A stretch of 62,719 nt of DNA, the filler included, from Basidiobolus ranarum (lineage: Eukaryota): assembly GCA_040143965.1 (NCBI GenBank). It is 44 parts of 44 records of this genome, joined end to end, with 100 filler letters (N's around TTAATTAATTAA, not from the genome) between each part and the next. Parts side by side here need not be neighbours in the genome. Positions count along the whole stretch, not along the records: positions 24,327 to 25,655 come from JASJQH010005522.1; positions 25,756 to 27,083 come from JASJQH010005523.1; positions 27,184 to 28,511 come from JASJQH010005524.1; positions 28,612 to 29,939 come from JASJQH010005525.1; positions 30,040 to 31,367 come from JASJQH010005526.1; positions 31,468 to 32,795 come from JASJQH010005527.1; positions 32,896 to 34,223 come from JASJQH010005528.1; positions 34,324 to 35,650 come from JASJQH010005529.1; 36 more parts are not named here. One strand, written 5' to 3'. Of the stretch, positions 24,327 to 36,791 are shown one piece after another. The number at the start of each line of letters is the position of its first letter. Positions within the stretch are counted from its first letter, which is position 1. The position numbers and the translations under genes were made by a program. The notes beneath the pieces were generated by a model that saw only the letters and a list, made by a program, of their open reading frames with translations, was not told the DNA's origin and searched no databases.

Positions 24327-24463
24327 CTCAAGGTGCTGGCGAGAAACTGAAGGGCAATGTCAAGGACACCGTTGGCTCAGCCATTGGTAACGAACAAATG
24401 CAAGCTGAAGGCAAGGTTGGAGCCACCAAGGGAGATGTTCGCATGGATGCTAACTCCAACTAG
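24327..24463 (+). CDS. CsbD-like protein, 3' part (copy 1)
   Basis: QGAGEKLKGNVKDTVGSAIGNEQMQAEGKVGATKGDVRMDANSN*; near-identical to 25109-25399. Confidence 0.88.
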
Positions 24464-24710
24464 AATAAGCAGTAGTCTTTTGATGTACTATTTCAAAGCT
24501 ATGTAAAATAAATTATCCCTAAATCTTGTAAGCACATATTATATTACTAAATATTATTATTATAGTCACGATAATCTTTAATCCTCTGGCTATTCTAATT
24601 ACGTATTCAGATAAGATGTGATAGTTAATGATATTATCGTCTGTATATTGCTGTGATTTCAACAAATATCTACTCTACTACGAAATCAAATAAGCCACTA
24701 ATTACGCTCA

Positions 24711-24895
24711 AGATATAGTTAGCAACCTAATCAATGAACAAATTAAAGCTGAGGGTGCCGCCAATCGAGTTCAAGCAGATACCGAGTATAATATAGACCT
24801 GACTAAATGAAATGCTCAAAATCCGAGCGAAGGATACTACGAGAAATGTCGAAAACACCGTCAGATCAGCTATTGGCAACAATCAGATGTATACA
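24711..24895 (+). pseudogene. Decayed CsbD-like copy
   Basis: NEQIKAEGAANRVQADTEY...*...(frameshift) NVENTVRSAIGNNQM aligns to the intact copy. Confidence 0.75.
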
Positions 24896-25108
24896 ACATG
24901 ATCTTGTCACACTATATGAAATGGAAATCAATTTATGATTCAGAAATTATTGCTTATTTAATCGTATAAGCCTTCTCCAAGTTAATAATGCTGCATATTG
25001 TGAATAAATTTAAACGAAAGTTCAGTAATTGATTGAGTAATATTGGAATCAATTTCTTTTTTTATTTTACATGTGGGTAGGGAGTGGATGTGTACATTGC
25101 AATTGCTT

Positions 25109-25399
25109 TTAATTGGAGTTAGCATCCATGCGAGCATCTCCCTTGGTGGCTCCAACCTTGCCTTCAGCTTGCATCTGTTCGTTGCCAATGGCTGAGCCAA
25201 CGGTGTCCTTGACATTGCCCTTCAGTTTCTCGCCAGCACCTTGAGCATATCCTTGAGCTTGAGCAGCCTTGTACTCGGCATCAGCTTGCGCTTGTTTGGC
25301 TGCTCCTTCGGCCTGCATTTGTTCATTACCAAGAACGCTTCCAGCGGTTTCTTGAACGTAACCAGTAGCGTATTTGACGTTAGCGTTGACTTTATCCAT
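25109..25399 (-). CDS. CsbD-like (two-repeat) stress protein, 96 aa
   Basis: G-x-V-[QK]-[ED]-T-x-G-S-x-x-G-N-E-Q-M-Q-A-E-G occurs twice; TATAAAA at 25451-25458 on the minus strand. Confidence 0.9.
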   Translation of the reverse strand: MDKVNANVKYATGYVQETAGSVLGNEQMQAEGAAKQAQADAEYKAAQAQGYAQGAGEKLKGNVKDTVGSAIGNEQMQAEGKVGATKGDARMDANSN

Positions 25400-25755
25400 G
25401 TTGATTTGATTGAAGTATGAGTTTAAGACAGCTTGGATAAACCTCTCTTCTTTTTATACTGAGAAGCATCACCGAATTTGTACTAGTTTTATTACGTCAA
25501 CAATTCCAAACATCGATAAATCCAAATATTGGATAATATATTTGAGGTCATTGTCATTCAATTCTCCATATCATAAGTGTATTTTTCTGATGTCATAATT
25601 ATGTATTTGTCCCGAAGTGGATATCAAACCACAAGTTAGTAACGTCAAAGAAGTCNNNNNNNNNNNNNNNNNNNNNNNNNNNNNNNNNNNNNNNNNNNNT
25701 TAATTAATTAANNNNNNNNNNNNNNNNNNNNNNNNNNNNNNNNNNNNNNNNNNNN

Positions 25756-27083
25756 TACTCTTTTGGAATTTGAGTGTTTCCAAAAAAGCATCTATCTTGC
25801 TATTCCAAGCTCTTGGAGATTGTTTTAAGCCATCGAGTATTTTCCGGAGTCTGTAAACTTTTTTAGAGTTTTCTGGGTCCACCAATCCATCTGGTGGTTC
25901 ATATAGATCTCCTCAGCAAGCTCACCATTCAAAAAGGGAGTTTAACATCCATGTGATGTATAATAAACTGATATTTAGCTGAAACTGCTAAAATCAATCA
26001 AATTGAATTAAACTTTGATACAGGAGAAAAAGTTTCTGTATAATCTATTCCTGGTGTTTGGGAATAGCCTTTGGCTACTAGTCTAGCCTTGTACCTTTGT
26101 ATATTGCCATTAGAGTTGTATTTAACTTTAAACACCCATTGGCAGGCAATTGATTTTCTATCATCAGGTAAGTTGCTTAAAATCCAAGTGTGATTATCAA
26201 TCAAAGCCTGGTACTCATCAGCCATTGCAGATCCCCAAAACTTTGTGTGAGGGCTATTCAGGGCCTCTTCTACAGTCTGGGGTTCATGTATTTGAGCTGT
26301 GCAGGCATAGGCCCAATTTTGGGACTCATTGATATAGTAATCAGGGCTATTTCTGATCTGATTTAATCTCCTTGTTTGGGATAAATGTACTACAACTTCT
26401 GGCATTGTATTGGGCACTTCAGTAGGCAAAATTTTGGTTGAAAGGTCCACAGGATAGCTATTTTCTTCATTGTTTTGTTTTGAATCAATTTTACTGATTA
26501 AATCAGGAGAAAATTGATTTTTGTTATCATCTGAGGTCATTTTGGGAGAATATTTTTCATTTTCATTAAACGAAACATCCCTGGACTTGATTAACTTAGA
26601 AATTTTGGTATCATAGAGTCTGTAGGCCTTAGTTTGATTACAATAACCCAGAAACATGCATTTCTTACTTTTTGGATCAAATTTGGACTGATTTTTGGTC
26701 ATAATTTTGACATAAGCAATGCATCCAAAGATTCTCAAATGTTTTACATCAGATTTAACTCCAAACCAAACTTAATATGGTGTAGAGTTAGACAGACCTC
26801 TAGTAAAACTCCTATTCTTCAGATATACAGCTGTAGCAACAGATTCCACCCAAAAGGAATGAGATAAATTTTGTGCATTTATCATAGATCTTGTCATTTC
26901 TATTATAGTATTGTTAGCTCTTTCAGCAACTCCATTTTGTTGAGGTGAATAGGGAACAGTAGGGTCTTGCTTAATTCCATGAATGTTGCAAAAGTGCTTA
27001 AATAATGTTGAAGTATATTTTCCACCATTATCAGTATGTATGTTCTTGATTTTAGTTCCAGTTTTAGTCTCCACAAGTGTTTC
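25756..27083 (-). mobile_element. Copia integrase-RT
   Basis: HTDNGGKY, SPQQNGVAERAN, RIFGCIAY, WVFKVK...[22 protein letters not shown]. Confidence 0.95.
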
Positions 27084-27183
27084 NNNNNNNNNNNNNNNNN
27101 NNNNNNNNNNNNNNNNNNNNNNNNNNNTTAATTAATTAANNNNNNNNNNNNNNNNNNNNNNNNNNNNNNNNNNNNNNNNNNNN

Positions 27184-28511
27184 GAAAATATTCTAAGTAA
27201 ATCCTGATTGAGAATAATTGATAATATCTTAGTGAATTACAAGATAACTAAGTACCAAGCTATATATGACTATGTAGGTGTTTAGGCAATGCTAATTTCA
27301 ACACAATTAGCTTTATTTATACTATTTGATTGCAAAGTGAATTAGTCAGTACCAAGATATTAAATGACTAATTCTGATAAAAGAAAATGTGATTGGATAG
27401 ATAGATAGATAAGGGAGTCATGCATCAGCTGAAGTCTTGGCAGTGAAAGATCATTGGTTATGAATCTTGTGACTTATACTGACTTGTGTCTAGGTGGATA
27501 TCTCAGAGGTAATATTGATTGAGTAATGATCACATGATTGATCATATGATTTGATTGAAGGGATAAGATAATAGATAGTTAGTCATGTGATACATCACAT
27601 GATAGAGTCATTGAATAAGGTCAGGTGACTAGTTAGCAATGATGATAAAATAAACAGATATTCATACAAGTTGTATAGATATGGTGTAAGTTAAACTACT
27701 TTGTATGTTGGTGCACAAAAGTCATGTCTGATTAGTCAAGTATGTTCATATGTAGAGACAAAGCACTACAAGATTCTTGTGTTTTTTGATTCTCATTATG
27801 GCTGGAATACAAAGCCTAAAATATCTAAATAAAGGCATGCATATTGATTCAAATTCCTATAGCAGCAAACCCATTAATTTGCCATACCAAAATTAGTTTT
27901 TTGCAAAAATTGTTGGAAATTAAATAATGCATGCCAAATACAAGGATCAATATTTTACCATGTATGATTACCATCAAAATACTGTTAAAAAGCTGCCATC
28001 TCACCATCGAAATCCCTGGCAGAATGCAAGCCACCAATAATGTGACAGTTCTCTGATTGTTTTGTGATCTTGAAGGGTGGATCCAATTGGGATCAAATCA
28101 TCTTTATTTTTGTTAGGGAAAGTAAAGATCTCTTCAACATTGTTAAGACTGTCTAAGAGTCAGCCAATGAGCAGGAAGAAGAAGCTGAGGCCTCTTTGCA
28201 ACTGATCACTGAATGTTTTTGCAATATGAATGAGGACCCAAAAGGTGTTGATATTAGCATTGCCTAAACACCTATATAGTCATATATAGCTTAGTACTTA
28301 GTTATCTTATAGTTCACTAAGATATTATCAATTATTCTCAATTGGAATTTACTTAGGATATTTTTACCAACTTAGAAGTTCTCAGATATATTGATTTTTC
28401 AAACTTGTGCTAGAAGCTCCAAACTTTGCACACATGTTCCTGGGACCTTCCTTAACATATTCTACACATTAGTTTGTGTACATATAGACAAAACTATAAA
28501 TGTCAACTTTC
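27184..28511. repeat. Mosaic: LTR B (27184-27303, minus), LTR D (27309-27695), CACTA right end (to 28118), LTR B (28246-28511)
   Basis: Each block matches copies elsewhere in the window. Confidence 0.8.
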
Positions 28512-28611
28512 NNNNNNNNNNNNNNNNNNNNNNNNNNNNNNNNNNNNNNNNNNNNTTAATTAATTAANNNNNNNNNNNNNNNNNNNNNNNNNNNNNNNNN
28601 NNNNNNNNNNN

Positions 28612-29939
28612 GTGTGATGGTGGTTTCTCAACAGTATTCTGATAGTATTCATACATGTTAAAATATTGATCCTTGTTTTTGGCATGCTTTATGAAATTCC
28701 AGCAATTTTTGCAAAATATAATTTTCAAATGGCAAAATAGTGGGTTTACTGTGGTAGGAATTTGAATTAATATGCCTGCCTTTATTTAGATATCTTAGGC
28801 TTTGTATTCCAGCCATAATGAGAATCAAAAAATACAAGAATCTTGTTGTGTTCAGTCTCTGCATATACACATACTTGACTGATCAGACATAACTCAATAA
28901 CATCAATATGCTTTACCAACAAACTAATGGAGGAAAAATTGCTAAACATCTGAAATTTGGAATAGCACTGACACTTGAAAAATAGCAGACTCTTGTTATT
29001 ATTCACAATGAGAATAAGCTCTTGTATTTTGGCAAATTTTCCATAAAGAATTCAGCCAGTATATCCCTGACTTGCAGTCAACAAATGTCCCACCACAAGT
29101 AGATGTGTCATTGCTTGAATTGATTACCCCAGGCTAAAACAATAATACTGTGTACCTCCATCTATCTCACCAAGAAGTCTGCCTTGCAGCTTTCCTAGAA
29201 ATACCATCAGATTATTACACAAGCAAATTAGTCCCAATTATAGATGTACTTACTCTATGTCCATGGATTGGGCTTTGTTGCTGTTATTGTGCTCAAACAA
29301 TGTCAAAACCCATGCGCACATTGAAAAGAGCCCTTTGTTGCAAGGTTAATATACTTCGGAGTCTCTTTACCCCATTGCATTACATCAATCACTAATTTTG
29401 CAGATTCATTATTAACCAGATTAGCATACAATAATACTGACAATTTCACATGGAGCATAATTTCACCACAGATATGCTCCATGGGAACTCCCAGAATGTA
29501 TAGCAAGGGCCTATAATCTCTAAACATTGTGAAAGAAGCAGCAGGGAATGTATTGAATACCAGTGTGGATTCAGTCTATCTTCTTTGAAGTTGTAATAAA
29601 CTTTTCTATATCCAATTACAAAATCTTCACACAGTTGCTGTATCTGCCTGAGATCTGCCAATGTGAGTTGATGCCATAAGAACATATTAACCATATCTAC
29701 AAACAGCTACCAATGTTGCCAATATCTATCAGGCAGAAATCTTTTCAAGATTCTACTTGAATATGTACAAATCCAATACTTCCAGTCTTTGATTTGAATA
29801 AACACCTGGATGAGTGGATATTGATGGGACCCTAACAAAAATAAAATCGATTTGATCCGGATTGGATCCACCCTCCGAAATAGCAAAACCGTCAGAGAAC
29901 CGTCACAATATTGTTGGCTTGCATTCTGCCAGGGATTTT
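28612..29939 (-). mobile_element. CACTA transposase C-terminal half, with a second right terminus inserted at 29830
   Basis: HSLLLLSQCLEIIGPCYTFWEFPME motif; CCCTAACAAAAATAAAATCG at 29830. Confidence 0.88.
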
Positions 29940-30039
29940 NNNNNNNNNNNNNNNNNNNNNNNNNNNNNNNNNNNNNNNNNNNNTTAATTAATTAANNNNN
30001 NNNNNNNNNNNNNNNNNNNNNNNNNNNNNNNNNNNNNNN

Positions 30040-31367
30040 ATTTGCATAAAGAATTCAGCCAATATATCCCCAACTTACAGTCAACAAATGTCCTGCCACA
30101 AGTAGATATGTCAATCTTTGAATAGATCACCCCATGCCCCAAACAGAAATAAAGTTGATTTGATCTGGATCAAATCCACCCTCCAAAATAGCAAAACCAT
30201 CAGAGAATTGTCACAATATTGGTGGCTTGCGTTCTGCCAGGGATACTGATGGTGTGACAGTGGTTTCTGGATGGTATTTTGATGGTATTCATGTATGTTA
30301 AATATTGATCCGCAAATTTGGCATGCATTATTCAATGTCCGGCAATTTTTGCAAAAATATAATTTTAAATGGCAAAATACTGGGCTTACTGCTGTAGGAA
30401 TTTGAATTAATATGCATACCTTTATTTAGATATTTTAGGCTTTGTACTCCAGCCATAGTCAGAATCAAAAAATACAAGAATCTCATTGAATTTAGTCTCT
30501 ACATATGCCCATACTTGACTGATAAACATAACTCAACAACATCAATATGCTTTACCTGCAAACTAATGATGGAAAAATTGCTAAATGTCCAAAATTTTGA
30601 ATAGCACTGACACTTGGCAAATAGTTGACTCTTGTTACCATTCACAATGAGAATAAGCTCTTGGATTTTAGCAAATTTCCATAAAGAACTCAGCCAATAT
30701 ATCCCTGACTTGCAGTCAACAAATGTCCTGCCACAAGTAGATATGTCCTTGCTTGAATAGATTACCCCATGGCTAAAATAATAGTACTGCATATCTTGAT
30801 CTATCTCACCAAAAAGTCTGTCTTGCAGCTTTCCTAAAAATTCTGTCAGATTATTTCAAAAGCAAAGTAGTCCAATTATAGAGGTTCTTACTCTGTATCC
30901 ATGGATTGGGCTTTGTTGCCATTATTGTGCTCAAACAATGCAAAAACTCATGAGCATATTGAAAGGAGCCCTTTGTTGGCGGATTAATATACTCTGGAGT
31001 CTCCTTAACCCAACACATTCCATCCATCACTGATTTTGCTGATACATTGTTAATCCGACAAACATATGGTAATACTGATGATTTCACACAGAGCATCATT
31101 TCACTGCAGGTGTGCTCATTGGGAACTCCCAGAATCTATAGCCAGGGCCTATAATCTCTAAGCATTGTGAAAGGGGCAGCAGGGAATATATTGAATACTG
31201 GCATAGATTCAGTCTATCTTCTTTAAACCTGTAATAAAGTTTTTCATATCCAATTACAAAATCTTTGCAGAGTTCCTGCATCAACCTGAGATCTGCCAAT
31301 GTGAGTTGATGCCATAAGAATATATTAACAACATCCACAAACAACTCCCAATGCTGCCAATACTCAT
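30040..31367 (-). mobile_element. CACTA right end (about 30137) and transposase C-terminus
   Basis: YEKLYYRFKEDRLNLC...IIGP...WEFPM. Confidence 0.85.
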
Positions 31368-31467
31368 NNNNNNNNNNNNNNNNNNNNNNNNNNNNNNNNN
31401 NNNNNNNNNNNTTAATTAATTAANNNNNNNNNNNNNNNNNNNNNNNNNNNNNNNNNNNNNNNNNNNN

Positions 31468-32795
31468 GGAAGCATTTATAGATTTTGGTGAAAAGACAGA
31501 GCCCTAACACTGGGGGTGTGTTCAGAACATCTGTGGGAGTAAAATGAGCCAACTATGGGGCAACTTGGACAAGTTTGAAATTTCAATATGGAATTGCTAA
31601 CTCTCACATTATTGACATATATATATAAAATATGTTCCAGTTTGCAGCTAAGTGATATTTAACTAAGTATTCTTACTAACTTATATGTGATATATGAGAG
31701 AGTTAGGTGTATAAAGACAGAGATAACAAATATGATAAAAATCATAAACTTTAATATGCTCCTCATCAGCCATTGCTGATCTGCAAAATTTCATATGAGG
31801 GCCATTCAGGGTCTCTTTTACAATCTGGGGTTCATGTATTTGAGCTATGCAGGCATAAGCCTAATTTTGGGACTCATTGTTATAGTAATTGGGGCTATAT
31901 CTGATCCAATTTGATCTTCTGGTTTGGGATCAAGGTATTACAGCTTTGGGCACTGTATTGGGCACTTCAGTCAGCAAAATTTTCGTTGAAGGGTCCCCCA
32001 AAATGTTTTTTTCTTCATTGTTTTGTTTTTAATAAAATTGCATGATTGGAGCAGGAGAAAATTGATTTTCAACATCAACTGAGGTGATTTGGGTGAAAAT
32101 TTTAAACAAAGTGTCCCTGGACTTTATTAACTTGGAAATTTTGGTATCATAGAGTCTGTAGGCCTTGGTATGAGTACAATAACCCAGAAATCAGTATTTC
32201 TTACTCTTGGTATCAAATTTAGACCAATTTTTGGCCATTATTTGGAAATAGCCAATGCATCCAAATATCCCCGAATGTTTTACATCAGGTTTAACTCCAA
32301 ACTAAGCTTTATATGGCGTAGAGTTAGACAAACTTCTAGTAAAACTCCAATTCTCCAGATATATAGCTGTAGCAACATATTCTGCCCAAAAGGGAAGCAA
32401 TAAGTTTTGTGCATATATCACAGATGTTGCCATTTCCATTAAAGACCTGTTAGCTCTTTTAGCAACTCTATTGTGTTGAGGTGAATAGGAGGCAGTGGTG
32501 TCTTGCTTAATTTCATGAACTTTGCAAAAGTGCATAATTTGTGTTGAAGTATATTCACCACCATTTTCAGTATGTATTTTCTTGATTTTATTTTCAGTTT
32601 CAGTTTCTGCAAGTGTTTTCAAATTGCTAAAGATAGAGAGTGATTGTTCTTTTCTTTCCATACAGTAGACCCAAGTGCCGCTTGTATAAACATCAATAAA
32701 AGTTAATAGGTATCTTTTCCATCCAAAGATAAATTTTGCATAGGTCCACACAAGTCTGAATGAATAAGATCCAAATTTTGATAGATTTGATTAAT
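31468..32795 (-). mobile_element. LTR A (31468-31756) inserted in a Copia integrase region
   Basis: LIHSDL, RYLLTFID, HTENGGEY, SPQHNRVAKRAN. Confidence 0.9.
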
Positions 32796-32895
32796 NNNNN
32801 NNNNNNNNNNNNNNNNNNNNNNNNNNNNNNNNNNNNNNNTTAATTAATTAANNNNNNNNNNNNNNNNNNNNNNNNNNNNNNNNNNNNNNNNNNNN

Positions 32896-33494
32896 GGGGT
32901 ATTCTATTCAAGCAATGACACATCTACTTGTGGCAGGACATTTGTTGACTTCAAGTTGGGGATATATTGGCTGAATTCTGTTTAAACATTTGCCAAAATC
33001 CAAGAGCTTATTCTTATTGTGAGTGGTAACAAGAGTCAGCTATTTGCCAAGTGTCAGTGCTATTCTAAATTTCATATGTTTAGCAATTTTTCCACCATTA
33101 GATTGCTGGTAAAGCCTATTGACTTTGTTGAGTTATGTCTAATCAGTCAAGTGTGTGCATATGTAGAAACTAAACACAACAAGATTCTTGTATTTTTTGA
33201 TTCTCATAATGGCTGGAATACAAAGCTAAAAATATCTAAATAAAGGTATGCATATTAATTCAAATTTGTACAGCAGTATACCCAGTAATTTCCAATTCAA
33301 AATTATTTTTTTGCAAAAATTGCCAGATATTGAATAATGCATGCCAAATTTCAGTATCAATAATTTAACATTTATTAATACCATCAAAATACCATCAACA
33401 AACTGCCATCACACCATCAAAATTCCTGGCAGAATGCAAGCCACCAATATTGTGATGGTTCTCTGACAGTTTTGCTGTTTTGAAGGATGGATCC
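32896..33494 (+). mobile_element. CACTA transposase 3' end and subterminal region
   Basis: Matches 8594-9069. Confidence 0.85.
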
Positions 33495-34223
33495 TGTTGT
33501 AGTTTATTGTCTTTATCATATTTGTTATCTCTATCTTTATAAACCTAACTATTTCACATATCACATATAAGTTAGTGAACATAACTCAGTCAAATATCAC
33601 TTGGCTGAAAATTGGAACGTATAATATAGATGTGAATAATGTGAGAATTAGCAATTCCATATTGGAAATTGCAAACTCATCCAAATTGCCCCAAAGATAG
33701 CTCATTTTACTCCCATAGATGTTCTGAACACAACCCCAGTGTTAGTTTTCTGTATTTCCATCAAAATGTGTAAATACTATATTTCTGGACAATAAATTAT
33801 TATCTCACAAAGCTATTCACAACTCCACATTTCTAAAGTTCCTCCAAACAGCCCATATTTTCCTAATAGTTTATGAGCCCTGTGTTCTAACCTTTACAGC
33901 ATGACAGAAACCACTACTACCACTTTTATTAACTCAAGTGTTGAAAAGCTTGATGGAGAAAATTACAATTTCTGGAAGTTCAAGATGCAAATCATGCTGG
34001 AAGACAGGGAGCTTTGGGATGTAGTCTCTGGAGATGAAAAGGAACCTTCAAACCCTTCTTTATTGAATGCTTACAAGAAAAGAGACAAGAAGGCCTTTAA
34101 TGTCATTTGCCAAAGTTTGAAAGATTCACAACTTGTGAATATTCAATATGCAAAGACTTCCCATCAGGCTTGGACTATATTGGAAGAATGTTATGAAGCA
34201 AAGAGTCTTGCTAATAGACTCTT
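33495..34223 (+). mobile_element. Copia A 5' LTR, PBS (33869-33880) and gag (from 33901)
   Basis: GTTTATGAGCCC; gag VEKLDGENYNFWKFKM. Confidence 0.92.
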
Positions 34224-34323
34224 NNNNNNNNNNNNNNNNNNNNNNNNNNNNNNNNNNNNNNNNNNNNTTAATTAATTAANNNNNNNNNNNNNNNNNNNNN
34301 NNNNNNNNNNNNNNNNNNNNNNN

Positions 34324-35511
34324 AGTCCAGATTTCAATAGGAGTTTTAGAGTCATGGTTGCTACATGTTGGACTTCTATTTTGGAGATATATAGCTGTTA
34401 AAATAGCTTCACCCCAATAGGTCTTAGGCAGATCTGAATCAATCAGCATTGTATATGCTTTCACTACTAATGTCCTATTCATCCATTCTTCAACTCCATT
34501 TTGTTCAGCAATATGGGGAATAGTAAATTGCTGCTGAATTCCCTTTTCTTGACAAAGGCCAGTCATGGCTGCATTGCTAAATTCAGTTCCATTATCACTG
34601 CATAGGTATTTGATTTTTCTTCCTGTTAATGTTGGGACCATTGTTTCATATATCTTGAAATATTGAAACACTTCTCCTTTGCTCAACAGAAGATATGAAA
34701 CTGTGAAGTGAGATTTATCATCAATAAAGATGAGTATATATTGTCACTTGGTGTCAGAGTTTGCATTGGCCACATAAGTCTGTATGAATAAGATCCAATA
34801 AATCTTTGGCTTTGCTAGCTCCTTCTTTTGGAAATGGTTTTCTGGTGATTTTCCCTAGAGTACAGCTTTCACATTTAGTAATATTGAGGGTTTAAGATCC
34901 ATTCCAGTACATAGGCTATTTTTATATAATAGTTTCACATTATTATAGTTTAGATGACCCAAGCATTGATGCCAAGTCATCAAGTTTCCATAAGTAATTG
35001 TTGCAAAGTCAGAAACAGTCTCAGTTATTGGTACAATATCCAGGTGATATAGATTCCCAATTCTTGTTCCAGTTACTACTATCAAGTCCTTTGATTTGTT
35101 CACGGTTGCTTTTCCTTGGCTGAATTTAACATCATAATGTTTCTTTTCAATTGCTCCAATTGAAAACAGATTTGTTGTTAATGATGGAATATATAAGATA
35201 TCTTCCAAGGTCACCATAACAATTTTGGTTTTACTTATTTGTAAGTCAAGTGTGACCTATCCCATTCCATATGCAACCAGTTTGTTTCTTCCAGCTACCA
35301 TGATGTCCAGAGGCTCTATTTCCGTATAGTCATGCATTATGTTTCTATTGGGATATACATGATCACTTGCACCAGAATCTAGAATCCATACATCTGCAGA
35401 ATCATTTCCTGATTTAGAGGTTGCCATAAGTACATAGTATTCATTTCCTCCTTTAGTAGTGTTAAATGCTTCCTTTTTCTTTGAAACCCAATTCTTCTTT
35501 GATCTGCAGTA
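34324..35511 (-). mobile_element. Distinct Copia family, protease-integrase
   Basis: WILDSGASDH, WHQCLGHLN, SDNGTEF, EQNGVEEWMNRTL; divergent from the other Copia copies. Confidence 0.92.
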
Positions 35512-35650
35512 CCCTAACAGAAATTTGAGGATTGTTATTGTAGGAAAACCATCACAATTTTAATCCATTTGGGGTTGACCGTTTACTTACCGTCATAAAA
35601 TCGTCAAGTTAGATTTGATTTTAATCAATTTTTTCAGTTTCAGGAGTGAA
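35512..35650 (+). mobile_element. CACTA left terminus, near-consensus copy with CpG retained
   Basis: CCCTAACAG...GACCGTTTACTTACCGTCATAAAATCGTCAAG. Confidence 0.9.
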
Positions 35651-36137
35651 NNNNNNNNNNNNNNNNNNNNNNNNNNNNNNNNNNNNNNNNNNNNTTAATT
35701 AATTAANNNNNNNNNNNNNNNNNNNNNNNNNNNNNNNNNNNNNNNNNNNNTTATTATGGAGTTGACTTCTTTCGGGTGCTGCATATCCCATATGTTAAAA
35801 TCCAAATATCAACAATTACTTGCTATACTGTTAAATAACTACTTTTGTGAATAGACTAGAAGAGAACAGTATCTGCAATATACATGTTGTTATTTGGTCT
35901 CTACCACTAACTTTCCTACAATGTATGAAGTATATGTTTGTGATACAGCTAGAGAACACATTTATAAACACTATTAAAGTTCCTTAGAATGAGTTATAAC
36001 TATTCAACTTCATTCAGCGTTTGTTAAGCTTGATGTCAGGTCACATGACTAATGTGTATCTTCAGTTAAAGAATTGATTTCTCAGACACATCTTGTTGGC
36101 AGCAGAATATGTTTGGTAGGTGTCTTCCAAGGCTTTA

Positions 36138-36791
36138 TGTTAAAGAATTTTGGGAGCCTGTTGGAAATGGTTTTGAGAATTAGAGAAATTGGTGGTTTTC
36201 ACTTATTGATTTATTGCATATTCAGATGATATTTATAGTTCTGTCAAGATACAAACAAACTAACATGTAGAATGTGTCAAGGAAGGTTCCAGGAATATGT
36301 ATGCATAGTCTGGGGCTTCCTTGAAAAATCTCTATATCTGACAACTTCTAAGTAAATTCCAATTGATAATAATGGATGATATCTTGGTAAAATATAGGAT
36401 AGCTAAATGCTAAGCTATGCATGACTATATAAGTGTTTAGGCAATGCTAATTGCAACACTCATAACCTGCTAAAGTGCTTTGGGAGCCTGTTGGAGGTGG
36501 TTTGAATCACTAGAGAAATTGGTGGTTTTTGCTTATTAATTTATTGAGTAGAAAGTTGACATATATAGCTTAGCAAAGATGTAAGTAAAATTACATATAG
36601 AATGAGTTGATAAAAATCCCAGGAATATGTGTGTAAAGCTTGGAGCTTCTAGCATAAGTTTGAAAATATATATATCTGAGAACTTCTAGTTTGGTTTCAA
36701 TATTCCAAGTAAATTCCTCTTGAAAATAATAGGTGATATCTTAATGAATTATAAGATAACATAATAGTACACTATATATATGGCTATATGG
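36138..36791 (-). repeat. Two LTR B copies separated by a partial PBS
   Basis: 36138-36458 and 36468-36791, with CTCATAACC (reverse complement GGTTATGAG) between them. Confidence 0.8.

Noticed and set aside
24327-25399. Bacterial contamination suggested by the CsbD-like genes
   Set aside because: TATA box, no Shine-Dalgarno or operon context, long AT-rich intergenic DNA, and the family is known in fungi.
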